Below, piece by piece: positions 37,930 to 48,357 of a stretch of DNA of 64,000 nucleotides. The notes under the pieces were generated by a model that was not told where the DNA came from, ran no database searches, and saw nothing but the letters and a program-made list of their open reading frames with translations. The stretch comes from Spirochaetia bacterium (GTDB lineage: Bacteria > Spirochaetota > Spirochaetia > SZUA-6 > Bin103): assembly GCA_965203905.1 (NCBI GenBank), contig CBDBDQ010000005.1, positions 1,984,001-2,048,000 on the forward strand, written 5' to 3'. The position numbers and the translations under genes are program-made. How positions within the stretch are numbered: the stretch's first letter is position 1; every line of letters starts with the position of its first letter.

Positions 37930-39804
37930 CTACAGCGAATCTTCACGTGCCGAATCCGGTGCCGCGGACTGTTCCAGAAACCTCCCGTGGATGCGCGCCA
38001 GCTTCCGATACATGAGAGCAGCTTCGTCCGCCGGCGCCGCGTTCTGGACTCCCGGGTGGCAGCTGCCGTCGGTGAACACCGAGTTCCCGCCGCACACGGC
38101 TCCCGCGGCCCGCAAGGCGGCGATAACGGCGGGGTTCTGTGCGAAGTCGAGCGCAGTACGGTCGATGCTGTCGCGTGCATTCACGTCCATGTTGGTAGCG
38201 ATGAGTGCGGCCACGATCGGCAGGCGTTCGTTGAGCATGGTGGCTCTGTGCAGCGCGCTGCGGCCGTAACTGTCCTGCGCGTCCACGTCGGTTCCTACTG
38301 TCTTCAGGGCGTGCACGATGGCGGCGATCACCGGTGCCGACCGTTCGCCGTATTGGGCGTCGCGGTATTCCGCCGCGCTGTGCAGCGGGGTTCCGCCGTA
38401 GTCGTTGCGCGCGTTCACGTCCGCCCCCGCCTGCGCCAGCGTCACGATGACCGCCGGATTCCGGCTCAGCGCGGCGGCCACGTGGAGCGGCGTGCCGCCA
38501 TAGTTGCTGCGCGCCTCGAGCGCGGCACCGGCATCGACCAGGGCACCGCTGACGGCCGGATTGAAGTTGAACCCGGCTGCGCTGTGGAGTGGCGTAAGGC
38601 CCCCGTTGTTGCGCGCCTCGAGTTCCGCTCCCGCGTTCACCAGCACCAGAATCGTGCCCGGATTAGGGGTGAAGACAGCGGCCGCATGGAGCGGAGTTCC
38701 ACCCTCCTCGTGACGCGCGTCGAGGTCCGCTCCGGCCGCCACGAGGACTGCGACCACGGCCGGGATGCGGTTGAATGCAGCGGCACTGTGGAGGGGAGTG
38801 AACTCCTCGAAATTGAGCGCTTCCAGCTCTGCTCCCGCATCCAACAGGGTCCTGATGACCTCCGGGTTAGGGTTGAACGCGGCCCCGAGATGCAGTGGGG
38901 AACCACCCAGCCGGTGCTTGGCCTGAAGCTCCGATCCGGCCTCCAGGAGGGCTTCGATGACTGCCGGATTTTCGGTATATTGAGCAGCTCGATGCAACGG
39001 GGTCTCACCGAAGTTGTCCCTTGCATGTACCTCTGCCCCGGCCTCCGCAAGCAGGTCGACGATGGCTGGATTGGAATTGTTTCGAGCCGCCCAATGCAGC
39101 GCGGTACGGCGCGAGTGGGTGCGCGCGTGCACGTCCGCGCCCGCGGCCAGCAACGACTCGGTGATCGCCGCGTTGTCATTGTTCGCCGCACCGTGCAGTG
39201 GCTCGGCGCCGTCGACGTTGCGGGCCCGCAGGTCGGCGCCGGCATCCAGCAGGGTGGCGATGACGAGCGGATCGCCGGTGACGGACGCCGCGAAGTGCAG
39301 CGGCGCATTGCGGCGAGCATCGCGCGCATTCGCATCCGCCCCTGCCCACAGGCAGTCGATCACCCGTTCGCGCGTCGCGGTCGCGAAGAAGGCGCCGGTA
39401 TTCCAGTCCTCGCAGTCGGTTACCGGGACCACGATGACGACGGTCAGCGTGGCTCGGTCGCCGTCGACATCCTCCGCCCGGTAGCGAAGGCGGTAGGTGC
39501 CGGGGGTGGTCGCCATACCGCTGAGCGTGCGCGTGTCGGCGGCGAACGCGAGCCCGGGAGGCGGTTGTTCGAGGCTGTAGGTAAGCGGCTCCTCGCCACC
39601 GGAGGCTGCGGGCAGGATGAGGGAGACCGGCTGCCCCACCTTGAAGGTGAACTCCGCGGCCGTTTCCGCAAAGCCGGGCGCGGTGTCGGGCGGCAACGGC
39701 GTCGACCGCCTGCAGCCGACCGTGGCCGTGACGAGTACGGCGCAGAGGCCGTAGAGTAGCAACTTGCCGGGTAGGCTGATAGGCTTCACGATCGATCTTT
39801 TCAT
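37930..39804 (-). CDS. Secreted ankyrin-repeat lipoprotein with N-terminal Ig-like (He_PIG-like) domain
   Basis: Lipobox TVGC; LPAASGGEEPLTYSL...PPGLAF....RTLSG..T..GTY; about eleven ankyrin repeats. Confidence 0.93.
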   Translation of the reverse strand: MKRSIVKPISLPGKLLLYGLCAVLVTATVGCRRSTPLPPDTAPGFAETAAEFTFKVGQPVSLILPAASGGEEPLTYSLEQPPPGLAFAADTRTLSGMATTPGTYRLRYRAEDVDGDRATLTVVIVVPVTDCEDWNTGAFFATATRERVIDCLWAGADANARDARRNAPLHFAASVTGDPLVIATLLDAGADLRARNVDGAEPLHGAANNDNAAITESLLAAGADVHARTHSRRTALHWAARNNSNPAIVDLLAEAGAEVHARDNFGETPLHRAAQYTENPAVIEALLEAGSELQAKHRLGGSPLHLGAAFNPNPEVIRTLLDAGAELEALNFEEFTPLHSAAAFNRIPAVVAVLVAAGADLDARHEEGGTPLHAAAVFTPNPGTILVLVNAGAELEARNNGGLTPLHSAAGFNFNPAVSGALVDAGAALEARSNYGGTPLHVAAALSRNPAVIVTLAQAGADVNARNDYGGTPLHSAAEYRDAQYGERSAPVIAAIVHALKTVGTDVDAQDSYGRSALHRATMLNERLPIVAALIATNMDVNARDSIDRTALDFAQNPAVIAALRAAGAVCGGNSVFTDGSCHPGVQNAAPADEAALMYRKLARIHGRFLEQSAAPDSAREDSL

Positions 39805-39885
39805 CAGGCCGTCAGGCTACATGAGACAAACAGGATAGATCAACGCTCCCGCTTCGGTGCGCGTCTTGCGGGGTTGGAGGGACAG

Positions 39886-42033
39886 GTGAACGTGGCGGAT
39901 CGTCCGGGCGGCGCGAACGGGTCCGGTGACAGCACCCTGCTGGACCGGGAGTTGAGCTGGGTGGAGTTCAACCGGCGCGTCCTCGGTCAGGCACTGCGCC
40001 CAGAGGTGCCGCTGCTGGAACGGCTGCGCTTCCTGAGCATCGTCAGCTCCAACTTCGACGAGTTCTTCATGGTGCGGGTGGCGGCGCTCAAACGCGGCAT
40101 GACCGCCGCGGCGGCCGATCGGCAGCGCTTCGCGCGGCTGGCGGCCGCCGCGCACTCGGTGGTCGAGCTGCAGTATCGGACGTTGCGCGCCGAGATCCTG
40201 CCGCAACTGCAGGCTGCCGGCGTCCGCATCGTCCCGGCCGCCGCGCTCGATGCGGAGCAGCAGCGTGCCGCCGCCGCCGACTTTCGCTATCGGATCTTTC
40301 CCGCGCTTGCCTCCACCCGGCTGGCGGACGGGGCGGCGGCCGTGGCTGGTCTGCGCCTGCACCTCGCCTTCCGCCTGGAGCGGGAGCCGGCCGCCGCCGC
40401 GGACCTGGCGGGCGCCCCGGTGCCCCCCGTGGCCCCCGTGTCCCCCGAGGAGGATGAGCCGCCGGTGGCGCAGGTGGCGGTCCCCAGCGGCCTGGAGCGC
40501 CTGCGTCCCATTCCCGGCGCCCGCGGTGAGGAGTGCTTTCTGCTGCTCGAGGAGTCGATCGTCCTGCACCGCGACCAGCTGTTTCCGGGGTACCGGGTGG
40601 CCGACCATGCGCTGTTCCGGGTTACCCGCGATGCCGACCTGGAGGTTGACGAGGCGACCGACGAGGACTTCATCGAGGCGATGGCGGCGGTCCTGGTCGG
40701 GCGCCGTTCCAGCGGCGTGGTACGGCTGGAAGTCGATTCGGCTTCGGCCGCGATGCGTGCACTGCTCGGCACCCGCCTGGGAATGGCCGAAGATGACGTG
40801 TACGCCGTCTCGCCGCTCGACCTCACCGGCCTCAAGGCGTTGCTCGACAGCGGCCGCAAAGAGCTGTGTTATCCGGCCTGGCATCCGCTGCCGGCGCCGG
40901 CGCTGGCAGATGCCGTGCCGTGGGAGGTGCTGTCGCGGCGCGACGTGCTGCTGCACCATCCCTACGAGACCTTCGACCATGTCCTCGGCCTGTTGCAGGC
41001 GGCGGCCCAGGACGAGGCGGTGCTGGCGATCAAGATGACGCTCTACCGCACCTCCGGTGATTCGCCGGTGGTGCGGGCCCTGGAACGGGCGGCGGCCAAC
41101 GGCAAGCAGGTAACCGTGCTGGTGGAGCTCAAGGCGCGCTTCGACGAGCAGCAGAATATCGACTGGGCCACCCGCCTGGAGCGCGCCGGAGCGATCGTCG
41201 TGTTCGGCATCGCGCGCCTCAAGGTGCACGCCAAGGCGTTGCTCATCGTGCGCCGCGAGCCGGCCGGCGTGCGCACCTACGTCCACCTCGGCACCGGCAA
41301 CTACAACGACACCACCGCGCGCCTCTACACCGACCTGGGGCTGCTCACCGCGCGCGAGGAGATCGCGCACGAGGCGACCTTGTTCTTCAACGCCATCACC
41401 GGGTATTCGTCGGAAACGCGCTTCCAGCGCCTGGCGATGGCACCGACCACCCTCAAGCGCACGCTCCTTGCCTACATCGAGCGGGAGGCGGCCCGCTCCG
41501 ACGGCGGCGGTCTGGTCATGGCGAAGCTGAACTCGCTCTCGGACCAGGAGGTGATCGCCGCGCTCTACGCCGCCTCGCGGGCCGGGGTCAGCGTGCTGCT
41601 CAACGTCCGCGGCGTATGCCTGCTGCGGCCCCGGGTTCCGGGCCTCAGCGAGAACATCCGCGTGGTCAGCATCGTCGACCGCTTCCTGGAGCACAGCCGC
41701 ATCATCTACTTCCGCAACGGTGGCGCCGAACAGGTGTACCTGGCCAGCGCCGACTGGATGCCGCGCAACCTGGAGCGCCGGGTGGAACTGATGTTTCCGG
41801 TGGAGCAGCCCGATCTGCGCCGGCGCCTGGTCAAGATCCTGGAGCTGTACTTCGCCGACAACTGTCACTCCTACGAGTTGCAGCCGGATGGTCGGTACCG
41901 GCAGCGGCGGCCGGGGACGCGGGCCGCAGTCCACGCCCAGGAGGCGCTGCAGCGGCAGGCGCGGGCCGCGGAACGGAAACGGGTCGGCCCGGAGGCGCGC
42001 GAGTTCACGGTACGCCGCCGGCCTCCCGCCTAG
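39886..42033 (+). CDS. ppk1: Polyphosphate kinase 1
   Basis: RELSW.EFN.RVL, NFDEFFMVRVA, LLHHPY, IKMTLYRT, ELKARFDE, KVHAK, TGNYN, RFLEHSR, SADWMPRN; SD GGAGG. Confidence 0.96.
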   Translation: MNVADRPGGANGSGDSTLLDRELSWVEFNRRVLGQALRPEVPLLERLRFLSIVSSNFDEFFMVRVAALKRGMTAAAADRQRFARLAAAAHSVVELQYRTLRAEILPQLQAAGVRIVPAAALDAEQQRAAAADFRYRIFPALASTRLADGAAAVAGLRLHLAFRLEREPAAAADLAGAPVPPVAPVSPEEDEPPVAQVAVPSGLERLRPIPGARGEECFLLLEESIVLHRDQLFPGYRVADHALFRVTRDADLEVDEATDEDFIEAMAAVLVGRRSSGVVRLEVDSASAAMRALLGTRLGMAEDDVYAVSPLDLTGLKALLDSGRKELCYPAWHPLPAPALADAVPWEVLSRRDVLLHHPYETFDHVLGLLQAAAQDEAVLAIKMTLYRTSGDSPVVRALERAAANGKQVTVLVELKARFDEQQNIDWATRLERAGAIVVFGIARLKVHAKALLIVRREPAGVRTYVHLGTGNYNDTTARLYTDLGLLTAREEIAHEATLFFNAITGYSSETRFQRLAMAPTTLKRTLLAYIEREAARSDGGGLVMAKLNSLSDQEVIAALYAASRAGVSVLLNVRGVCLLRPRVPGLSENIRVVSIVDRFLEHSRIIYFRNGGAEQVYLASADWMPRNLERRVELMFPVEQPDLRRRLVKILELYFADNCHSYELQPDGRYRQRRPGTRAAVHAQEALQRQARAAERKRVGPEAREFTVRRRPPA

Positions 42034-42045
42034 TCACGGGAGCCG

Positions 42046-43221
42046 TCAGCCGCTGGTGGTCATGATCCGGTGGTAGATGTCGGCGGCCTGCAGCACCTGG
42101 TCGCAGTCGACCCACTCGACCGCGGCGTGCGCCTGATCGATGCTGCCGGGCCCGAGCACGATCGCGGGGATGCCGGCGGCGCTCAGCTTGGCGGCATCGG
42201 TCCCGTACGGCTCGCCGCCGACGCTCGCACGGCCGGTGGTCGCCCGCACGGCAGCGCTGGCGTTGACCACGATAGCGGCATCGGCCGGCGTCTCCATCGG
42301 CTCGATCGACAGATCCTCGATAATGTCGACGGCGCTTCCAGGATGCGCTGCAGCGACCCGTGCAGCGATGCCGCGGTACGGGTCCAGCACGCTTCCGAAG
42401 TCCTCGCTCGGCAGCACCCGGCGGTCGAGCTCGAAGCGGCAGTGGGCCGGCACGAAGTTCACCTGCAACCCGCCCTGGATGGTACCGATGTTGTGCGTCG
42501 GAGCGCCGGTGACGCCGTCATCGCGGCCGGCGAACCCGCCCGCCACCTCTTCGTCGAAGGCGGTGATCAGCCGTGCCGCGGCGCCGATCGCGTTCACCCC
42601 CAGGTGCGGCTTGGAACTGTGCGCGGCAGTGCCGTGAACCTCGACCACCGCCCGCACCACCCCCTTGTGCGCGCGCACGATGCGCAGCTCGGTCGGCTCT
42701 GCCACCACCGCCCCGACGATCCTGGTGCCGCGGGCGGTCAGCGAATCGGCGAGCGCGGCAGCGCCCCGCATGCGGTACTCCTCGTCCACCACCCCCGCGT
42801 ACATCACGCTGACCGGTGGCGGCTCCCCGGAGCGGACGATGCGCAGCATGGCGTGCAGCATCGCCACCCCGCCGGCCTTGGTGTCGCTGGCGCCGCGGCC
42901 AAACACCTTGCCGTCGCGCAGAGCGGGCTGGAACGGATCTATCGTCATGCCCTCGGCCGTGGCGGTATCCATGTGGCACTCGAACAGGACGGCCCGGCTC
43001 GGATCGCGTCCCGGCAGCGTGGCGACCAGGTTGGGCCGACCCGGCAGCGCCTCCCAGCGCTCGCACGCGATCCCGGCGGCGGCGAAGAACCGGGTCAGGT
43101 ACTCCAGCATGCCACGCTCACCGTCGCTCCCGCCCGGCAGGTCCGGGTTGACGCTCGGGATCGCCACCACCTCCTGAAGCGTCGCAAGGATCGGTTCGGT
43201 GCTGCGTTCGTAAGCGCTCAT
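42046..43221 (-). CDS. M20-family metallo-amidohydrolase (ArgE/DapE-like)
   Basis: IPSVNP, GRPNLVA, HMDT, GRGASDTKAG, VDEE, AEPT, G.AAHSS.P..GVNAI, GTDA, GPGSIDQAH. Confidence 0.92.
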   Translation of the reverse strand: MSAYERSTEPILATLQEVVAIPSVNPDLPGGSDGERGMLEYLTRFFAAAGIACERWEALPGRPNLVATLPGRDPSRAVLFECHMDTATAEGMTIDPFQPALRDGKVFGRGASDTKAGGVAMLHAMLRIVRSGEPPPVSVMYAGVVDEEYRMRGAAALADSLTARGTRIVGAVVAEPTELRIVRAHKGVVRAVVEVHGTAAHSSKPHLGVNAIGAAARLITAFDEEVAGGFAGRDDGVTGAPTHNIGTIQGGLQVNFVPAHCRFELDRRVLPSEDFGSVLDPYRGIAARVAAAHPGSAVDIIEDLSIEPMETPADAAIVVNASAAVRATTGRASVGGEPYGTDAAKLSAAGIPAIVLGPGSIDQAHAAVEWVDCDQVLQAADIYHRIMTTSG

Positions 43222-44635
43222 GGCGGGGGATTGTGGCATGCCAGGGCGTGGCCGTCGCGGTCGGTCACCAGCTCCGGCATGGTACGGCTGCAGGCGTCGA
43301 CCCGGTACCGGCAGCGCGGGTGGAAGGGGCAGCCCGACGGTGGGTTGACCGGCGACGGCACGTCGCCCTGGGCACCGCCGCCGGCCAGCGGCAGGTCGGG
43401 ATCCGCCACCGGGACCGAGGCCATCAGGGAGATGGTGTAGGGATGGCGTGGCTGCTCGGTGATATCCTCGGCGTCGCCGAGTTCCACGATCTTGCCGAGG
43501 TACATCACCGCGACGCGGTCGGCGATATAGCGCACCACCGCCAGGTCGTGGGCGATGAACAGGTAGGTCAGACCCAGCTCTTCCTGCAGCTCCAGCAGCA
43601 GGTTGAGGATCTGCGCCTGAATCGAAACGTCGAGCGCGGAGACCGGTTCGTCGGCGATCACCACCGACGGCGCCAGGGCCAGCGCGCGGGCGATGCCGAT
43701 GCGTTGGCGCTGGCCGCCCGAGAACTCGTGCGGGTAGCGCTGGGCCGAGGAGCGCGGCAGCCCGACGCGATCCAGCAGGCGGCGCACGTGGAGCTCCAGG
43801 TCGGGGCCGGCGTGGGTGCCGAACTCGCGCGGTCCCTCGGCGATCAGGTCGTGCACCAGCATGCGCGGGTTGAGCGACGCCCAGGGATCCTGAAACACCA
43901 TCTGCAGTCGCCGCCGCGCCTGCTTGAGTGCCGCCCGCGGCATCGCCAGGAGGTCGGAAGAGGCCGCACGGCGATCGGCCGCCGCCCGCAGACGCTGCTC
44001 GCGGGCGCGCAGCGCACGCAGCTCGCGCCAGCCCGCTCCCGCCCGGGCGGCCCGCTCCCGCACCGTCTCGGCCTGGGCGTCCAGGGTCGTCACGGCCCGC
44101 ACCAGCTCCGGGTTCGGTTCCAGGTACACGCGTCCGCCCTGCGGCTGGTAGAGGCGTAGCAGGGAGCGCCCCAACGTGGTCTTGCCGCACCCCGACTCCC
44201 CCACCAGGCCGAGCGTCTCGCCGCCCCGCAGTTGCAACGACACATCGTCCACGGCGCGCACCATCAGCCGGCGGACGTTGAACGCTCCGGTCTTCACCGG
44301 GAACCAGGTGCGCAGCCGGCGCACGTCCAGCACCGCGGGCGCCGGCTGCCGGGCGCCGCTCCCGGAGTCGCGGCGCCGCTCCTCCCCGGCGCCGGTCGCC
44401 GGCGCCGGCCGACCGGCCTCCGGCCTGCGCTCGCGCTTTTCCGGTCCGCGCCCGGTATCGCGCGGCGGCTGCCCCGGCCGCGGGCGTGCGTCCGGGGCGC
44501 CCTCGGCCCGCGGCCGCCCCCGCCGCCGGCGGCGGCGCCGGCCGCGCCCACCCCCGTCCGGCTTCCTTGCCGGTGGGCCCGCGCCACGGTCCTCTCGCCG
44601 GTTCCGGTTCCCTCGGCGCGCCGCCTCGCCTCCTC

Positions 44636-44639
<4 letters not shown>
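43218..44639 (-). CDS. oppF: Oligopeptide ABC transporter ATPase with long Arg/Gly/Pro-rich N-terminal extension
   Basis: [40 protein letters not shown]; ATG overlaps upstream stop. Confidence 0.9.
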
Positions 44640-45700
<1,061 letters not shown>

Positions 45701-45789
45701 CGGGGGACGCTCGTCGGCCTCCCGTGTCAACTGCGGCGGCAACCGCGACAGCCGGGTTCGCGACTGCCGCACGGCGGGCGCTCGACGTA

Positions 45790-47307
45790 TCAATGCCGAC
45801 TCCTCGGATCGACCGCGTCGCGCACCCCGTCGCCGACGAAGTTCCACGCCATGATGGCGATGAAGATGCAGACGCCGGGTATCAGGATCCAGGGGAAGTC
45901 CTGGACCACCCGGTAGCTGCGCGACGCCGACAGCATCAGCCCCCAGCTCGACTGCGGCTCGGTGATGCCCAGGCCCAGGAAGCTCAACGCCGATTCGCCC
46001 AGGATGAATCCGGGGATGGTCAGGGTCACCTGCACGATCACGAACGAGAACGTGTTGGGCAGCACGTGGCGGCGGATGATCTTGAACGGCCCCAGGCCGA
46101 GAGAGCGCGCGCTCAGCACGTAGTCCTCCGAGCGCAGCGACAGCGTCATGCCGCGCACGATGCGGGCCAGCGATCCCCAGATCACGAACGACACGATCAG
46201 GATGATCAGGAAGTACACCTGCACGCTGTTCAGGGTGGGCGGAAAAGTGCCGCGCAGGACCAGCAGCAGGTAGAACGACGGGAACGAGAGCAACACCTCG
46301 GTGAAGCGCATCAGCAGGTTGTCGGCGGTGCCGCCGAAGTAGCCTGCCGCGCCGCCGATCAGCAGTCCCATCACCAGGGTGATCGCGGCCCCCACCAGGC
46401 CCACGGTCAGCGACACGCGCGCGCCGTGCAGGAGGCGCGAGAGCAGGTCGCGGCCGGTGTGGTCGGTGCCGAGCGGAAAGAAGCCGCCGGTAGGCGAGGC
46501 AAGCAGGTGGATGCGCGCCGTGAACAGCCCCAGGAACCGGTAGGGGACGCCGCGCGCGAACAACCCCACGAAGTTCTTGTTGCCCTTGGCCACGATCAGC
46601 TCCAGGGTCTCCGGCGCAGCGCCGGCCTGGTGCAGCCGCACGCGGCGTTGCAGGTCGCGGCGCGGGTCGCGCTCCACCTCCTCGATCAGCGCCCGCAGTT
46701 CGCCGAGCCGCGGGTCGCTGTCGGCGAGTCGGTAGTGCCGCTGCAGCGCCTGCAGCGACGCGCGGCTGCGCGCCGCAGGGTCCTCCTGCAGCGCAACCGA
46801 ACGCAGCTCGGCGCGCCCGGCGGCCCGTTCCTGGGAGATGACCCGCAGGGTACGCCGCGGTACCCGGCCGTAGGTGCGCAGCGCCTGGTTGACGATGTGC
46901 ATCTCGTACACGAACGGGCGCACCACCAGGCGGCCGCCGTCCAGGTAGCTGAAGCGGATCCCGGTCGGCGGCTGATACGACTTGGTCTTGTCGGTCCACC
47001 GCATGGTGGCCGGTGCCAGCGGGTCGGCCAACAGGGCCAGCGCGTACAGCACGATCAGCACGCTGCCGCCGATGCGGCCCAGGCGGTGCTGCTTGAACCG
47101 CCGCCAGTACACCTCCAGCAGCGACTCGGTGTGCTCGGCCGCCGCCGCAGGGCTCGCCGCCTCGGCTGCGCCCGCCGTGGGCTCACCGCCGTCCCGCTGC
47201 CGTACGTCGGCGGGCCGCCGGCCGCCGGCCCGCCGGCCACCGTCGTGCGCTTCCCGGGCCGCGCCCCGCCCTGCACTCCGGGCAGCGGAGCCGCCGCGCC
47301 TGTTCAT
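45790..47307 (-). CDS. oppC: ABC transporter permease OppC family with N-terminal extension and large extracytoplasmic insertion
   Basis: [45 protein letters not shown]; ATGA overlap with oppB. Confidence 0.9.
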   Translation of the reverse strand: MNRRGGSAARSAGRGAAREAHDGGRRAGGRRPADVRQRDGGEPTAGAAEAASPAAAAEHTESLLEVYWRRFKQHRLGRIGGSVLIVLYALALLADPLAPATMRWTDKTKSYQPPTGIRFSYLDGGRLVVRPFVYEMHIVNQALRTYGRVPRRTLRVISQERAAGRAELRSVALQEDPAARSRASLQALQRHYRLADSDPRLGELRALIEEVERDPRRDLQRRVRLHQAGAAPETLELIVAKGNKNFVGLFARGVPYRFLGLFTARIHLLASPTGGFFPLGTDHTGRDLLSRLLHGARVSLTVGLVGAAITLVMGLLIGGAAGYFGGTADNLLMRFTEVLLSFPSFYLLLVLRGTFPPTLNSVQVYFLIILIVSFVIWGSLARIVRGMTLSLRSEDYVLSARSLGLGPFKIIRRHVLPNTFSFVIVQVTLTIPGFILGESALSFLGLGITEPQSSWGLMLSASRSYRVVQDFPWILIPGVCIFIAIMAWNFVGDGVRDAVDPRSRH

Positions 47308-48284
47308 GTCACCCGGATCCTGGGATCGGTGACTGCCAGCAGGATGTCGGCCAGCAGGTTGCCGATCATCAGCAGCACCACCCCGTACACGACGCTGCCC
47401 GACACCAGGAAGGAGTCCTGGCTGAGCGTTGCCGTCAGAATCAGCTTGCCCAGGCCGGGCCAGCCGGTGACGATCTCCACCAGGGCCGCGCCGCTCAGGA
47501 TCTCGCCGATGTTGAAGCCCAGTATGGTGATCATCGGGTTGACCGCGTTGCGCAGCGCGTGCTTCAGCAGCACCACGCGTTCGGACAGCCCCTTGGCACG
47601 CGCGGTGGTGGTGTACTGCTGGCCCAGGACCTCCAGCATGCTGCCACGCATGATGCGGGTCAGCCCGGCGGTAATGGCGGTGGAGATCACCAGCGCCGGC
47701 ACCACCAGGTGCTTGGCCAGGTCCCAGGTCTTGCCCAACAGGCTCATTTCGGGATGGTCGATCGAGGTCATGCCGCCGATCGGCAGCCAGCTCCCGGTGG
47801 AGGCGATCAGGAACAACAGCAGCGACGCCAGGAAGAAGTTGGGAATCGACAGCCCGAAAAACGCCAACACGGCGATCGACTGGTCCTGCCAGCGGTACTG
47901 GCGGGCGGCGGCGATGATGCCGGCCGGCACCGAGAACCCCCACGCCAGCAGCAGCGCCACCACCGACAGCAGCAGCGTGTTGGCGGCGCGCTGCGAGACC
48001 AGCACGAACACCGGCGCCTTGAAGGTCTGGGAGAAGCCGAAGTCGCCCTGCGCGGCGTTCCACAGGTAGCGTCCGAACTGCACGTACCACGGCTGGTCGA
48101 GGCCGAAGTTGGCACGGAACCGCTCCAGGTCCTCGGCGCGGATGTCCGGGTTGAGCGCGTACTCGGTGTACACGTCGCCGGGCGCGAGCTGGATCAGCCA
48201 GAAGGCGATGGCCAGCGTCACGGCCAGGATCGGCACGACGTTCAGCAGCCGGCGGATGACCAGCCGCAGCAGCGACAGGCTCAT
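47304..48284 (-). CDS. oppB: ABC transporter permease OppB family
   Basis: LAPGD, FGLDQP, TARAKGLSER...KHALRNA, DPRIR. Confidence 0.94.
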   Translation of the reverse strand: MSLSLLRLVIRRLLNVVPILAVTLAIAFWLIQLAPGDVYTEYALNPDIRAEDLERFRANFGLDQPWYVQFGRYLWNAAQGDFGFSQTFKAPVFVLVSQRAANTLLLSVVALLLAWGFSVPAGIIAAARQYRWQDQSIAVLAFFGLSIPNFFLASLLLFLIASTGSWLPIGGMTSIDHPEMSLLGKTWDLAKHLVVPALVISTAITAGLTRIMRGSMLEVLGQQYTTTARAKGLSERVVLLKHALRNAVNPMITILGFNIGEILSGAALVEIVTGWPGLGKLILTATLSQDSFLVSGSVVYGVVLLMIGNLLADILLAVTDPRIRVT

Positions 48285-48295
48285 GCAGTGCTCAA

Positions 48296-48341
48296 GAGTC
48301 CGGGAGTGCGCGAAGAGTCCGGGAACGCGGTCCCGGACTCT
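48296..48341. repeat. Intergenic REP-like hairpin between oppA and oppB
   Basis: AGAGTCCGGGA twice in direct orientation, plus inverted copy TCCCGGACTCT forming an 11-bp stem. Confidence 0.6.
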
Positions 48342-48357
48342 CCTGCCGTGAGTCGGC

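Noticed and set aside
36500-39350. Regular ~100-bp periodic repeats considered as a CRISPR array or VNTR
   Set aside because: They are degenerate ankyrin coding repeats, with no identical direct repeats separated by unique spacers and no cas genes
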